Shown here: one piece after another, positions 39,369 to 48,943 of the stretch
Layout: each line of letters begins with the position of its first letter
How positions within the stretch are numbered: position 1 is the stretch's first letter
DNA from: Acidimicrobiia bacterium
Lineage (GTDB): Bacteria > Actinomycetota > Acidimicrobiia > IMCC26256 > PALSA-555
Direction of reading: 5' to 3'
NCBI GenBank assembly: GCA_035468285.1
Contig: DATISY010000007.1
Span: 19,826-83,825, forward strand
Length of the DNA stretch: 64,000 nucleotides
Notes under the pieces: model-generated
The model's database searches: none
Told to the model about the DNA's origin: nothing
The model's input: only the letters and a program-made list of their open reading frames with translations
Position numbers and translations under genes: made by a program

Positions 39369-40778
39369 TCAGGGCCACGCCGGTGAGGGCCCGAACGCCG
39401 AAGGGAGCCCGAGCTTGCCGGGGTTGAGGATCCCGCGCGGGTCGAGCGCGCCCTTGACGTCGGCGAGCACACCGAACCCGGCCCCGAGCGCGTCGGCCAC
39501 GAAACGGGCCCGGTTCAACCCGACCCCATGATGGTGACTGAGGCTCCCGCCGTGCTCCAGGACCGCACGGGTCCCGGCGTCCCACGCGGCGCGGTAGTAC
39601 GCCTCGCGTTCCGTCGCTGCCGGCTGGCCCGCAAACGTGAAGTAGAGGCAAGCCCCATCCGCGTAGGAATGGGACTGGTGCGCCGACGCGACGGCCGTCC
39701 CCGGGACCGAGAGCAGCGCGGCTGTTGCGGCGTCGTAGATCGCGGGTAGGTCCCGCCAGCGCGCCGCGATCTCCATGGTGTCGACCACGAACCCACGCTG
39801 GATCAGGGCTTCGAGAGCGGAGACGTCGTTGCGGTGCTCAAGCCAGCGGTCCACGAGCGCGGCGTCGAGCGGCACCGCGTCGCGGCACTCCTCACCGACC
39901 ACCGCGAGGACGGCGTCGACCATGGTGGCGTCACCCTCGTCGAGGACCAGGAGCGGATGCAGACCCTCGGTCTGGAAGTTGCGTCGCCCTTCCAGCTCGT
40001 CGTACAGGCGGACGACCGCGGGCGTCGCGTCGCGTTGCAGTATCCGGCGGCAGGCGTCGAGCCCGGCCGGGAAGGAGGGGAAGCCCCATGCCGCCGTGCG
40101 CGTAGCCGGCGGGGTGCGGTGCAGCCGCAACCGCGCCGAGGTGATCACGCCGAGGGTGCCTTCGCTCCCGACGAACAGCTGGGTCAGGTCGGGTCCGACG
40201 GCGGCGCGGGGCGCGCCGCCCGTCCGGACGTGCTGTCCATCGGCGAGGACGACGTCGAGGCCGACGACGATGTCCTCGATCTTGCCGTACCGGGTGGAGT
40301 ACTGCCCCGCCCCGCGGCAGGCCAGCCAGCCACCGACCGTGGACAGCGCCACCGACTGGGGCCAGTGGCCGACCGTGACGCCATGGTCGGTGCGGAGCTC
40401 GTCCTCGAGGACATCGCCGAAGGTGCCGGCGCGCACGTCGAGGACCATCGAGTCGTGGTCGACGGCGACGATGCCGTGCAAGCCGCAGACATCGAGGACG
40501 ACGCCGCCGTGGACTGGGACGCTCGCGCCGCACACGCCGCTGCGTCCGGCGGCGGTCGTCACCGGGATCCGGTCCTCGTTGCAGACCTGCAGGACCCCAC
40601 GCAGCTCGTCGACGGTGTTCGGGCGCGCCACGGCGGCAGCGAGGGCCGCCACCTGGTGATCCAACGCCCAGATCATCGCCAATGGCCACCAGTCGCGGCT
40701 CGCCTCGCGCAGTGCCGCCGGCTCGGTCACGACGGTCGCGCAGGCCGACCGGAGCCGGGTGAGGGTCGCGTCCGACAT
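39369..40778 (-). CDS. FAD-linked oxidase (GlcD / alkyl-DHAP-synthase-like flavoprotein)
   Basis: PCMH-type FAD-binding domain (RIPVTTAAGRSGVCGASVP, GVVLDV), the FAD-oxidase C-terminal domain and SHHHGVGLNR. Alternative starts lie upstream, up to 40883. Confidence 0.8.
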   Translation of the reverse strand: MSDATLTRLRSACATVVTEPAALREASRDWWPLAMIWALDHQVAALAAAVARPNTVDELRGVLQVCNEDRIPVTTAAGRSGVCGASVPVHGGVVLDVCGLHGIVAVDHDSMVLDVRAGTFGDVLEDELRTDHGVTVGHWPQSVALSTVGGWLACRGAGQYSTRYGKIEDIVVGLDVVLADGQHVRTGGAPRAAVGPDLTQLFVGSEGTLGVITSARLRLHRTPPATRTAAWGFPSFPAGLDACRRILQRDATPAVVRLYDELEGRRNFQTEGLHPLLVLDEGDATMVDAVLAVVGEECRDAVPLDAALVDRWLEHRNDVSALEALIQRGFVVDTMEIAARWRDLPAIYDAATAALLSVPGTAVASAHQSHSYADGACLYFTFAGQPAATEREAYYRAAWDAGTRAVLEHGGSLSHHHGVGLNRARFVADALGAGFGVLADVKGALDPRGILNPGKLGLPSAFGPSPAWP

Positions 40779-40947
40779 CGCGACCTGCGGGACGCGCAGG
40801 TGCGCCGTGACGACCGGCGGATCGTCGGTCTCGGGCCCGAACGCGATCGGGGGGGTCGGTACGCCACGCCGAGCCTCGGGCACGGCCGGACCCTAACGGG
40901 TGTGGATCCGTCGGCCCATCGGGCCGCGGTGGCGCCCCGGTGGCCGG

Positions 40948-42597
40948 TTACGCGCCGAGCGACGCGTCGAGCGCTGATTCGGGGAGCTCGCCCGCGGCGC
41001 GTTCCCGGTCGCATGCCTGCCGGAACCCGTCGATCTCGTGTCGCGCCCGGGTGGCGTCCCAGCCCAGCTCGGGCCCGATGAGCCGGGCGACGTGGTCCGC
41101 GGCGGCCCGGGCCGCGTCGCGGGCCAGGAGCCGGGACCGGGTGCGCCGGGCCAGGACGTCGTCGAGGGTGCGGGCCATCTCGTGGCGGGCGGCGTGGATC
41201 GCCTCGGCCCCGACGTACGGCAGTCCGGGGACGAGCGGCTCCCGCCATGCCGGGTTCTCCCGCATGAGGGCCAGGACAGCCTCGGCTTCGGTCCCGTACC
41301 GTCCCGCGAGGTGCTCGTGGAGACTGGCGGGCTCCGCCGTCGGGGGCGGCCGCTGGAACCCGTCGGCGCCGGCGAGCTGGAGCCGCTTCGTCCGGGCACG
41401 TCGTCGCTTCCCCAGCAGCCGACCAACCTGGTCGATCGTGTCGGACGCCATGCGCCGGTAGGTGGTGAGCTTCCCGCCGGTGACGGTGATGACCCCGCTG
41501 GTGGAGACGCGCACGCCGTGGCGGCGCGACAGGTCCGCGGTCCGCTCGTTCGCCGCGCGGGCGAGGAGGGGCCGCAGCCCGGCCCACGTGCCGGTGATGT
41601 CGGCGGTCGACACCGGCTCGCTGATGGCCCGGTTCAGGGCCTTCAGCAGGTACTCGATATCCGCCGGGGTGCACTGCGGATCGTCGATCGAGCCGTCGTA
41701 GTCGGTGTCGGTCGTCCCGACGTAGGTGAAGTCTCCCCACGGGACGACGAACACGGACCGGCGGTCCTTGGGGACCGGGACAATCGCGGCGATCTCGTTG
41801 CGGACCTTCGACCACGGGACGACGATGTGGACCCCCTTGGCTGGACGGATCGACGCGGGTTGGGCGCCCTCGTCGAGGGCGCGGATCCCGTCGGACCAGA
41901 CGCCGGTCGCGTTCACCACCGTGCGGGCCCGAATCTCGAACTCGGCCTCGTCGGCGCGGACCCGTGCGCCGGTGACCGCACCGGCGGGACCCTTCAGCAA
42001 GCCGACGACTTGGACCCCGTTCGCGACCGCCGCGCCGTGCGCCGCCGCGGTACGGGCCAGGCAGAGCGTCAGGCGGGCGTCGTCGGCCTGGGCGTCGTAA
42101 TAGAGGTACGCCGACGCGACATTGGCGGCTCGCAACGTCGGCATGAGCGCCAGTGCCCGGTCCCGGTCGACGCGCTGGTGGGCCTTGTGGATCCGGAGTC
42201 CCCCGGTCAGGTCGTACATCCACATCGCCGCACCCATCGCCCGCGCCACCCGACGGTCGATGAGACCGTCCTTGGCCAGGATCGGGATGAGGAACGGCAG
42301 GACCCGCACCAGATGGGGCGCGTTGCGCAACGCCAGCTGGCGTTCGGCGAGGCCCTCGTAGACCAGCCCGAACTCCCGCTGCTGGAGGTACCGGATGCCG
42401 CCGTGCACCAGCTTCGAGGACTTCGAGGACGTCCCCGAGGCGAAGTCGTCCCGCTCGACCAGGGCGGTCCGGAGGCCGCGGGACGCCGCGTCGAGGGCGC
42501 AGCCCGCCCCGGTGATGCCGCCGCCGACCACCAGCACGTCGAACGGCTCGTCGGCGAGGCGGCCCAGCGCCTCGGTCCGGTCGAATCGGGGTAGCAC
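40948..42597 (-). CDS. glpD: FAD-dependent glycerol-3-phosphate dehydrogenase
   Basis: DVLVVGGGITGAGCALDAASRGL, SGTSSKSSKLVHGGIRYL and a C-terminal GlpD alpha-helical domain. Confidence 0.9.
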   Translation of the reverse strand: MLPRFDRTEALGRLADEPFDVLVVGGGITGAGCALDAASRGLRTALVERDDFASGTSSKSSKLVHGGIRYLQQREFGLVYEGLAERQLALRNAPHLVRVLPFLIPILAKDGLIDRRVARAMGAAMWMYDLTGGLRIHKAHQRVDRDRALALMPTLRAANVASAYLYYDAQADDARLTLCLARTAAAHGAAVANGVQVVGLLKGPAGAVTGARVRADEAEFEIRARTVVNATGVWSDGIRALDEGAQPASIRPAKGVHIVVPWSKVRNEIAAIVPVPKDRRSVFVVPWGDFTYVGTTDTDYDGSIDDPQCTPADIEYLLKALNRAISEPVSTADITGTWAGLRPLLARAANERTADLSRRHGVRVSTSGVITVTGGKLTTYRRMASDTIDQVGRLLGKRRRARTKRLQLAGADGFQRPPPTAEPASLHEHLAGRYGTEAEAVLALMRENPAWREPLVPGLPYVGAEAIHAARHEMARTLDDVLARRTRSRLLARDAARAAADHVARLIGPELGWDATRARHEIDGFRQACDRERAAGELPESALDASLGA

Positions 42598-42639
42598 GAC
42601 GTCAGGTTACCGGCGGGTAGGGATGGGTCCGGGGGCTGT

Positions 42640-42987
42640 TCACGCCACCGTGCCAGGCTCGCCCCCGTCAGTGACGACGTCGTGGCCGGCGGCGGCCCAC
42701 GCCTGCATGCCGCCGGCAAGATTCGCGGCGTCGTAGCCCGCCTGGCGCAAGGCGGTGGTCACCCGTGCCGACCGGGCCCCTGAGCGGCACACCACGACGA
42801 CCGGGCGGTCCCGCGTCAGCTCGTCCTGACGGGCCGGGAGATCCCCCATCGGGATCCAGACCGCCGCCGGCGCGTGCCCGCTGTCCCATTCGTCGGGTTC
42901 ACGGATGTCGAGGAGGATCGCGCCGGTTTCGGCACGCTGACTGGCCTCGTCGGGGTCGACGGCCGGCACCCGCGCGGTTGCGCTCAC
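42640..42987 (-). CDS. Rhodanese-like domain protein
   Basis: LLDIREPDEW..GH and active-site loop VVVCRSGARS. Confidence 0.85.
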   Translation of the reverse strand: MSATARVPAVDPDEASQRAETGAILLDIREPDEWDSGHAPAAVWIPMGDLPARQDELTRDRPVVVVCRSGARSARVTTALRQAGYDAANLAGGMQAWAAAGHDVVTDGGEPGTVA

Positions 42988-43111
42988 GCCGCGAGCCTCC
43001 CACCCCGACCGGGGCTCAGAAAGTCGGGAGATCGCTCAAGTTCTTTGGGGAGGGGGCCGAGATACTGACGGCGGCGGGGCGCAACACATCGAACGGACCT
43101 AAGGACGGGCG

Positions 43112-43828
43112 ATGGGGAGCACCTCCCTGGGCAAGCAGCGAGCGGACCGGCGAAGCCACCGCAACGGCGCGGTGTGCCGGTTCCTCGCCGCGCTCGGCGC
43201 CAGCATCATTCTCGGGTTCGGGGTCGGCGCACCGATCGCGGCGGCGCAGACACGGTCGGTCCCCCGTCACGGCGGCGGCGGCGGCCGATCCGACGAGACC
43301 GAGCGGCTCCGCGTCCAGGTGGACCGGCTCGTCGACCGGGTCCGGGCCGAGCGCCGCCAGCACGAGCAGCGGACCCAGACCGAAACCCAACTCCCGGCGA
43401 TCCAGACACCGCCCGTGACCCCGCCTGTCGTGCAGCCCTCCCCGCCGCGGCCCGTGTCGCCGCCGCCGGTGGTCGTGCCCAGCATCATCGGGACGGTTCC
43501 CGTCGGCGCGACCGCCCCTGCCACGGTGACCGCGCGCCCGCCGGGCGCGCCCCCCGGGACCCCCGCTGGCGCCGCCGCCGCCAGCGGCGCCCCCGCGGCG
43601 GTCTCACCCCAGGGCGTGGTGCCAACTCCACCTGCAGCCGCGCCGAGGACGGCGCCGCGCAGCGCGGTCGCCCGCGCGTTGCGAACGGCGCGCTCCTACA
43701 GCGTGTTGCTCGCGCTTGCTGCCGCGGTGCTGGCGTTCCTCATGATCCAGGGCCGCGTCGACCGGCGCGACCCACGAATTCTCGGCGCACCGGCCGAAGA
43801 CCGGCTGCCGTTCCGAGACTTCGAGTGA
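43112..43828 (+). CDS. Hypothetical Pro/Ala-rich exported protein with a C-terminal TM anchor
   Basis: N-terminal signal-like FLAALGASIILGFGVGAPIAAAQ, a short coiled-coil, PPV/PPA repeats and a C-terminal hydrophobic helix. GTGA overlap with the cyclase gene. Confidence 0.45.
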   Translation: MGSTSLGKQRADRRSHRNGAVCRFLAALGASIILGFGVGAPIAAAQTRSVPRHGGGGGRSDETERLRVQVDRLVDRVRAERRQHEQRTQTETQLPAIQTPPVTPPVVQPSPPRPVSPPPVVVPSIIGTVPVGATAPATVTARPPGAPPGTPAGAAAASGAPAAVSPQGVVPTPPAAAPRTAPRSAVARALRTARSYSVLLALAAAVLAFLMIQGRVDRRDPRILGAPAEDRLPFRDFE

Positions 43829-45330
43829 GCGCGGTCACGCTCGACGATTCCCAACCGGCGGTACAGAACCGGCTCGCCGTCCTCCAGCTGGTGCGGGTCG
43901 CGCTCGCCGCGGCGGTGATGGGGCTCCCCGCCCTGGTCGGTTCGCCCGGGGCGCCGCTCGCCGTGCCGTTGGCGTACCTGCTCGTCGTGGGCGCGGCCGA
44001 GCTCGCCCGGCGCCGGTTCAGCCGAATGGCGCCTCGGCTCCTCTCCGCCCTCGTGCTCGTCGACGGGGCGTTCCTCGCCGCGGCCATCCTGCTCACGGGG
44101 GGGAACGAGAGCAGCCCTCTGCTGTTCCTCGCGTTTCTCGAAGTTGTCGCGGTGACGCTGCTCGCCTCCCACCGCACCGGCCTGAAGGTCGCCGTGTGGA
44201 CCGCGCTGCTGCTCTTCCTCGGCCGCACCGCGTCGGCGGCGGGCGTCCTCCACCTCGCTCGCCCCGGAGCGGACCGGACGGCCGCGGTCAGCGCGCTGGC
44301 GTTCCTCCTCTTCGCGGTCGGGGCGGCCGCGTTCCAGTCGGTGAACGAACGGACCCTGCGCCACACCGGCTCGGAGCTCGCGGCGCTGGTCGACCTCGGT
44401 TCGGCCCTCGAACGCGCCCGACGGCCGGGTGAGGTCATCGGGGTCCTCGTCGCGCACCTCCGCACCCGTCTCCGGTTCGCCCGGGTCATCGTCCTCGTGC
44501 GCGTCGACGGGTCGTGGGTCACGTGGGGTGACCACGCCCAGGACGGTGACGACACCGGGTCCCTCGGGCGGGTCGCCGACGCCGTGCTCGGCGACGGCCA
44601 ACCTCGGCTGGTGCGCTCCCTCGACGACGGACTGCTCGCCGCGCAGCTCCCGGACGCGCACAACATCGTCGTCGCACCCCTCACCGGTGACGACGAGCCC
44701 CTGGGACTCGTCGCGGCCGAGTGGGGTCACGGTCCCCGCGCCCGGATCCCCGGCCTCACCGTCTCGTCGCTCCTCCAGTCCGTCGCCCACACCGCGCTGG
44801 CGCTGCGCAACGCGCGGTTGCTCGACGAGGTGGAGCGGCTCGCCACCCGCGACGAGGTCACCGGCCTCCCCAACCGCCGCCTCTTCCAGGAGCAGTTCCC
44901 GATGGAGGTCGGCCGCCACGACCGGACCGGGGCCCCCCTGAGCCTCGTCGTCCTCGACGTGGACCATTTCAAGGACATCAACGACGAGTACGGGCACCCC
45001 GCCGGCGACGCCGTCCTGCGCGCCGTCGGTCACGCCCTCGCCGCCAACACCAAGGCCTTCGACCTCGCCGCTCGTTACGGCGGCGACGAGTTCGTCGTCC
45101 TGCTCCCCGGGTGCGGCGTGGGCGACGTCCCCCAGGTCGCGGAACGGCTCCGCACCGCGGCGAGCCGGGCGGCGTCAAGCCCCATCGCGGTGGCGTTGAG
45201 CGCCGGCGCGGCGACGATGCCCGACGACGCGGGCGACGGGGCCGAGCTGCTCGCCGCGGCGGACGACGCGCTCTACGCGGCGAAGCGCGCCGGGCGGGAC
45301 CGAGTCGCGACCGCACCGTCCAAGTTGTAG
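43825..45330 (+). CDS. Membrane-bound diguanylate cyclase (multi-TM N-terminus, GAF-like domain, GGDEF)
   Basis: Five or six hydrophobic helices, a central GAF-like region, then RDEVTGLPNRR...DVDHFKDINDEYGHPAGD...RYGGDEFVVLL. Confidence 0.8.
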   Translation: MSAVTLDDSQPAVQNRLAVLQLVRVALAAAVMGLPALVGSPGAPLAVPLAYLLVVGAAELARRRFSRMAPRLLSALVLVDGAFLAAAILLTGGNESSPLLFLAFLEVVAVTLLASHRTGLKVAVWTALLLFLGRTASAAGVLHLARPGADRTAAVSALAFLLFAVGAAAFQSVNERTLRHTGSELAALVDLGSALERARRPGEVIGVLVAHLRTRLRFARVIVLVRVDGSWVTWGDHAQDGDDTGSLGRVADAVLGDGQPRLVRSLDDGLLAAQLPDAHNIVVAPLTGDDEPLGLVAAEWGHGPRARIPGLTVSSLLQSVAHTALALRNARLLDEVERLATRDEVTGLPNRRLFQEQFPMEVGRHDRTGAPLSLVVLDVDHFKDINDEYGHPAGDAVLRAVGHALAANTKAFDLAARYGGDEFVVLLPGCGVGDVPQVAERLRTAASRAASSPIAVALSAGAATMPDDAGDGAELLAAADDALYAAKRAGRDRVATAPSKL

Positions 45331-45368
45331 GTGCGGCCGGCCGGGTAACCGCGCGAGGCTGCGGCGCG

Positions 45369-46907
45369 ATGGCCGAGAACTTCGCGCCCATGGCGGACCG
45401 CAAGGCGGGGGAGATCGCCCTCGTTGACGAGCGTCAGACGCGCACCTGGGGCGAGTTCAACGCCAACGTGAACCAGCTGATTGGCGCGTTGCGCGCCACC
45501 GGGCTCGCGACGGGTGAAACCGTCGGAGTGCTGTGCGGCAACCGGGTCGAGCTCTTCGAGGTCCTCGCGGCGACGATGCACGCCGGAATCGTCGTCGTCC
45601 CCCTGAACTGGCACTGGGTCGCGGAGGAGCTCGCCTACGTCCTGGACGACGCTGCGGCGCGCGCCGTGCTGGTCGATCCCGACTTCGCCGCGGTCGCCCG
45701 TGACGCCGTCGAACGCGCCGACGGCGACGTGGCCGTCATCACGCTGGGCGACGACGAGTACCGCGCCCGGCTGGCCGTGCAGCCGACCCGCGAGCCCGAC
45801 GGGCAGGCCCTCGGAGGCCCGATGTTCTACACGTCGGGGACAACGGGACGGCCCAAAGGGGTCCGCAACTCCCTGACTCGCGCCGGGCTGCCCGCGTCGA
45901 CCTGGCAGCTCGTCGCCACCGGCGCCGTTGCCCAGCTCGGGCTCCCCACCGACGGTGTCACGCTGCTGTGCGGTCCCGCGTACCACTCGGCCCAGTGGGC
46001 GTTCTCGATGCTCCCCTTCCTCGCCGGGGGGGCGGTCGTGATGCGCCAGCAGTTCGACGCCGCCGAGGTCCTGGCGCTCATCGATGACCACCACGTCACG
46101 AACCTGCACCTCGTCCCGACCCAGCTGACCCGGCTGCTCCGCCTGCCCGGAGCCGTCCGGGACCGCTTCTCGGGAGAGAGTCTGCAGGTCGCCTATCACG
46201 GCGCCGCGCCCTGCCCGCCCGAGGTGAAGCGCCGCATGATCGAATGGTGGGGTCCCAGGCTCGTCGAGTACTACGGCGGCACGGAAGGGGCGATGCTGTC
46301 GACCATCGACTCGGCGGACTGGCTGGCGCACCCGACCAGCGTCGGGAAGCCGTGGCCGACGGTGGAGGTCCTCGTCCTCGACGATGACGGCCGGCACTGC
46401 GCGGTCGGTGAGGAAGGGACCTTGTACGTCCGCAACCTCTTGGGCATGGACTTCGAGTACCACGGCGACGAGGCCAAGACCGCAGCCGCGCACCGGGAGC
46501 CGGGTGTGTTCACCCTCGGGGACGTCGGTTACCTCGACACGGACGGCTACCTGCATCTCTCCGACCGACGGATCGACATGATCATCTCGGGTGGGGTCAA
46601 CATCTACCCGGCGGAGATCGAAGGGGTGCTCCAAGCCCACCCGGCGGTCCGTGACGCCGCGGTGTTCGGGATCCCCAACGACGAGTTCGGTGAGGAGGTC
46701 AAAGCCGCGGTCGAGCTCGAAGCGGGCCACGATGAGTCCGCCGCGTTGACCGCGGAGCTCCTCGACCACTGCCGGGCACACCTCGCGGGGTACAAGGTGC
46801 CGCGCAGCATCGACTACGAGCGGGAGCTGCCCCGCCATCCGACCGGCAAGCTCTACAAGCGGGTGCTGCGCGACGCGTACTGGCAGGACACCGGGCGGCG
46901 CATCTGA
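45369..46907 (+). CDS. Acyl-CoA synthetase / AMP-dependent ligase
   Basis: YTSGTTGRPKGV, YGGTEG, GDVGYLDTDGYLHLSDR and PTGKLYKR motifs. Confidence 0.8.
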   Translation: MAENFAPMADRKAGEIALVDERQTRTWGEFNANVNQLIGALRATGLATGETVGVLCGNRVELFEVLAATMHAGIVVVPLNWHWVAEELAYVLDDAAARAVLVDPDFAAVARDAVERADGDVAVITLGDDEYRARLAVQPTREPDGQALGGPMFYTSGTTGRPKGVRNSLTRAGLPASTWQLVATGAVAQLGLPTDGVTLLCGPAYHSAQWAFSMLPFLAGGAVVMRQQFDAAEVLALIDDHHVTNLHLVPTQLTRLLRLPGAVRDRFSGESLQVAYHGAAPCPPEVKRRMIEWWGPRLVEYYGGTEGAMLSTIDSADWLAHPTSVGKPWPTVEVLVLDDDGRHCAVGEEGTLYVRNLLGMDFEYHGDEAKTAAAHREPGVFTLGDVGYLDTDGYLHLSDRRIDMIISGGVNIYPAEIEGVLQAHPAVRDAAVFGIPNDEFGEEVKAAVELEAGHDESAALTAELLDHCRAHLAGYKVPRSIDYERELPRHPTGKLYKRVLRDAYWQDTGRRI

Positions 46908-47233
46908 CGGAGGCACCACCAGGCGGCGGCTGTCGCGCCCAGGACCACGAGGCCGGCGGGCGCCGAACGGGGGGACAGCGCGACGGCCAGCGCGACGCCT
47001 TCGAACACCACGACCGCCGCGCCCGCGTCGCGGAACCCCTCGGCGATCGACGCGGCCAGCCCGGCCGCCACCGCCGCGAGGACCAGGAGCAGGCCCGCGG
47101 CCACGACGGCCCCCGAGCCCCCTGCAGTGGCCCCGAGGATTACCAGCCCGACCGCCTCGACGGCCAGGAGCGTCGCCGCGGGATGCCGATCTCGCGTTGC
47201 GGCCTGCGGCCGGTCCCGTCCCTCGTGACGCAT
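46853..47233 (-). CDS. Possible small membrane protein
   Basis: GC3-rich frame with three Ala/Leu/Val-rich hydrophobic stretches. The 3' end overlaps the convergent synthetase gene by 55 nt. Weak support. Confidence 0.35.
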   Translation of the reverse strand: MRHEGRDRPQAATRDRHPAATLLAVEAVGLVILGATAGGSGAVVAAGLLLVLAAVAAGLAASIAEGFRDAGAAVVVFEGVALAVALSPRSAPAGLVVLGATAAAWWCLRQMRRPVSCQYASRSTRL

Positions 47234-47369
47234 GTGTCCTCCCGCTCGGCCCCATCCTCGAGGGCCACGATGAGCGGACCATGAGGCTCCGGTCAGCGGC
47301 CGGTCACGACCGAAACGGCCTCTAAGGTCACACCATCAACGCCGTCCCCGTCCCCCCGATGCCCCACCC

Positions 47370-48017
47370 GTGGGTGGCCCCGTGCCCGCGGTAATGGCTG
47401 GCCCCCTCGGCCTCTCCGCCGTCGGCCCCGCCATCCAGGGCGTGGTCGAGCAGGCGCTCGACCGGGTCGTCACCAAAGCCGTCGCCGAGCCCCTGGAGGT
47501 CCACACCCCCGACGAGGTTCGGGCCGCCGTTGAGGGGCCCTCCGCGCTTGCCATCCCCACGTTCATCGCTCCGGCGCTGGCCGGTGCGGCCAAGCGGCTC
47601 TCGAATCGGCTCGTGGGCCTCAGCTCCAAGGTGTCGTTCTCGCTGAAGGCGGCCCTGGCTGCGCTCCCGCCTCTGACGTCGTCGGTCGCGCTCGGGACCC
47701 GTGAGGTCCACGCGCTGGCGTCGTTCGTCGTCAACCAGCTGCACGCCGCGGGCATCCCGGTCGATCCTCGGTTCGTGCAGCGGGTCACCGTCAATGCGTA
47801 CGTGTGGCCTGGCGGGGGCCGCCCGCTCGAAGCACCCCAGGCGGTCGCGGTGCTGCGCATCGCCGGCCTGTGGGCGACCCGACCATTGGCCCACGAACGA
47901 CACGGTGAGTGGGTCGGCCGCGCGGCGGACGCGGTCGCCGCCGCGGACCTCGCCGACCGCTACGAGCGGTACCGGCGCGCGTCGGGCGGGTCGTCGACCC
48001 CCGCGATCACCGACTGA
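47370..48017 (+). CDS. Hypothetical protein
   Basis: Good GC3 bias. No family recognised. The start could be the internal ATG at 47394. Confidence 0.45.
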   Translation: MGGPVPAVMAGPLGLSAVGPAIQGVVEQALDRVVTKAVAEPLEVHTPDEVRAAVEGPSALAIPTFIAPALAGAAKRLSNRLVGLSSKVSFSLKAALAALPPLTSSVALGTREVHALASFVVNQLHAAGIPVDPRFVQRVTVNAYVWPGGGRPLEAPQAVAVLRIAGLWATRPLAHERHGEWVGRAADAVAAADLADRYERYRRASGGSSTPAITD

Positions 48018-48885
48018 GCGCCTCGACGGTCCGGTCGAGCTCAGCAGGGTCCGCGGTTGTCGGCACGAGGAAGAACTCGTCGGCGCCGGCCTCAGTGGCG
48101 CCGTCGACCGCGCGTCGGAGCCCGTCGGGAGTGAAGCAGGTGACGGCGCCAGCCGCCCAGGCCGCGACGTCGGGCCCGAAGATCTCCATGTACCGCTGCG
48201 CGTACCCGCGCAAGCGCGCCTCGGCGTCGTCGCCGAGCGCGTACCAGATGCTCGACGACCGGTGCGGCGGCTCGGACCGGCCCGCGTCTCGCCACGCTTC
48301 GTTGATCATCGTGAACGCGTCACGCATGGCGTCGATATCGCCGTCGAGGGTCCAGGCCCCGTCGACACCTGCGGCCCAGCGCGCGGCGCGCGCGACGGAC
48401 TTCGGTCCCATCGACCCGGCGATGAGCGGCGGCCCGCCCGCCTGGACCGGCGCCGGCCCGACCGGCTCGGCGCCCTCGAACGGTGGCTCACCCCCCCAGA
48501 TCGCCCGCATCCGGGCGACGGCCTCGTCCAGGCGATCCCATCGGCGCTCGAAGGGGGAGCCGACCGCCCGGTAGTCGTGCTCTCGGCCGCCCACCCCGAC
48601 CCCGACGGTGAGTCGGCCCTCGGCCAGGACGTCGACCGACGCCAACTCCTTGGCGGTCATCACCGGGTCGTGCATCGGCAGGATCACGATCGTCGTCCAG
48701 AGGCGGACCCGGGCGGTCCAGGCGGCGGCCGCCGCGAGGTCCACCATCAGCGCGTGGCTGGGATAGGTGATCCGCTCCGGGACCGCGAGGCTCGACCACG
48801 GCCCGGCGTCGACACCCTGGCACCAGGCCCGGGTCTGCTCCCGGTCGTGGGGGATCATCGTCGGCAAGGTCATGGCGAGGTCCAT
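48007..48885 (-). CDS. LLM-class (luciferase-like) flavin/F420-dependent oxidoreductase
   Basis: ...LAEGRLTVGVGVGGREHDY...RLDEAVARMRAIW... fits the luciferase-like monooxygenase TIM-barrel pattern. Confidence 0.75.
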   Translation of the reverse strand: MDLAMTLPTMIPHDREQTRAWCQGVDAGPWSSLAVPERITYPSHALMVDLAAAAAWTARVRLWTTIVILPMHDPVMTAKELASVDVLAEGRLTVGVGVGGREHDYRAVGSPFERRWDRLDEAVARMRAIWGGEPPFEGAEPVGPAPVQAGGPPLIAGSMGPKSVARAARWAAGVDGAWTLDGDIDAMRDAFTMINEAWRDAGRSEPPHRSSSIWYALGDDAEARLRGYAQRYMEIFGPDVAAWAAGAVTCFTPDGLRRAVDGATEAGADEFFLVPTTADPAELDRTVEALSR

Positions 48886-48943
48886 GAGCCCGGAGCCTAT
48901 GAGCCCGGCTCGCTCACCGACGGTGGATGCGGGGGTTTCGAGC

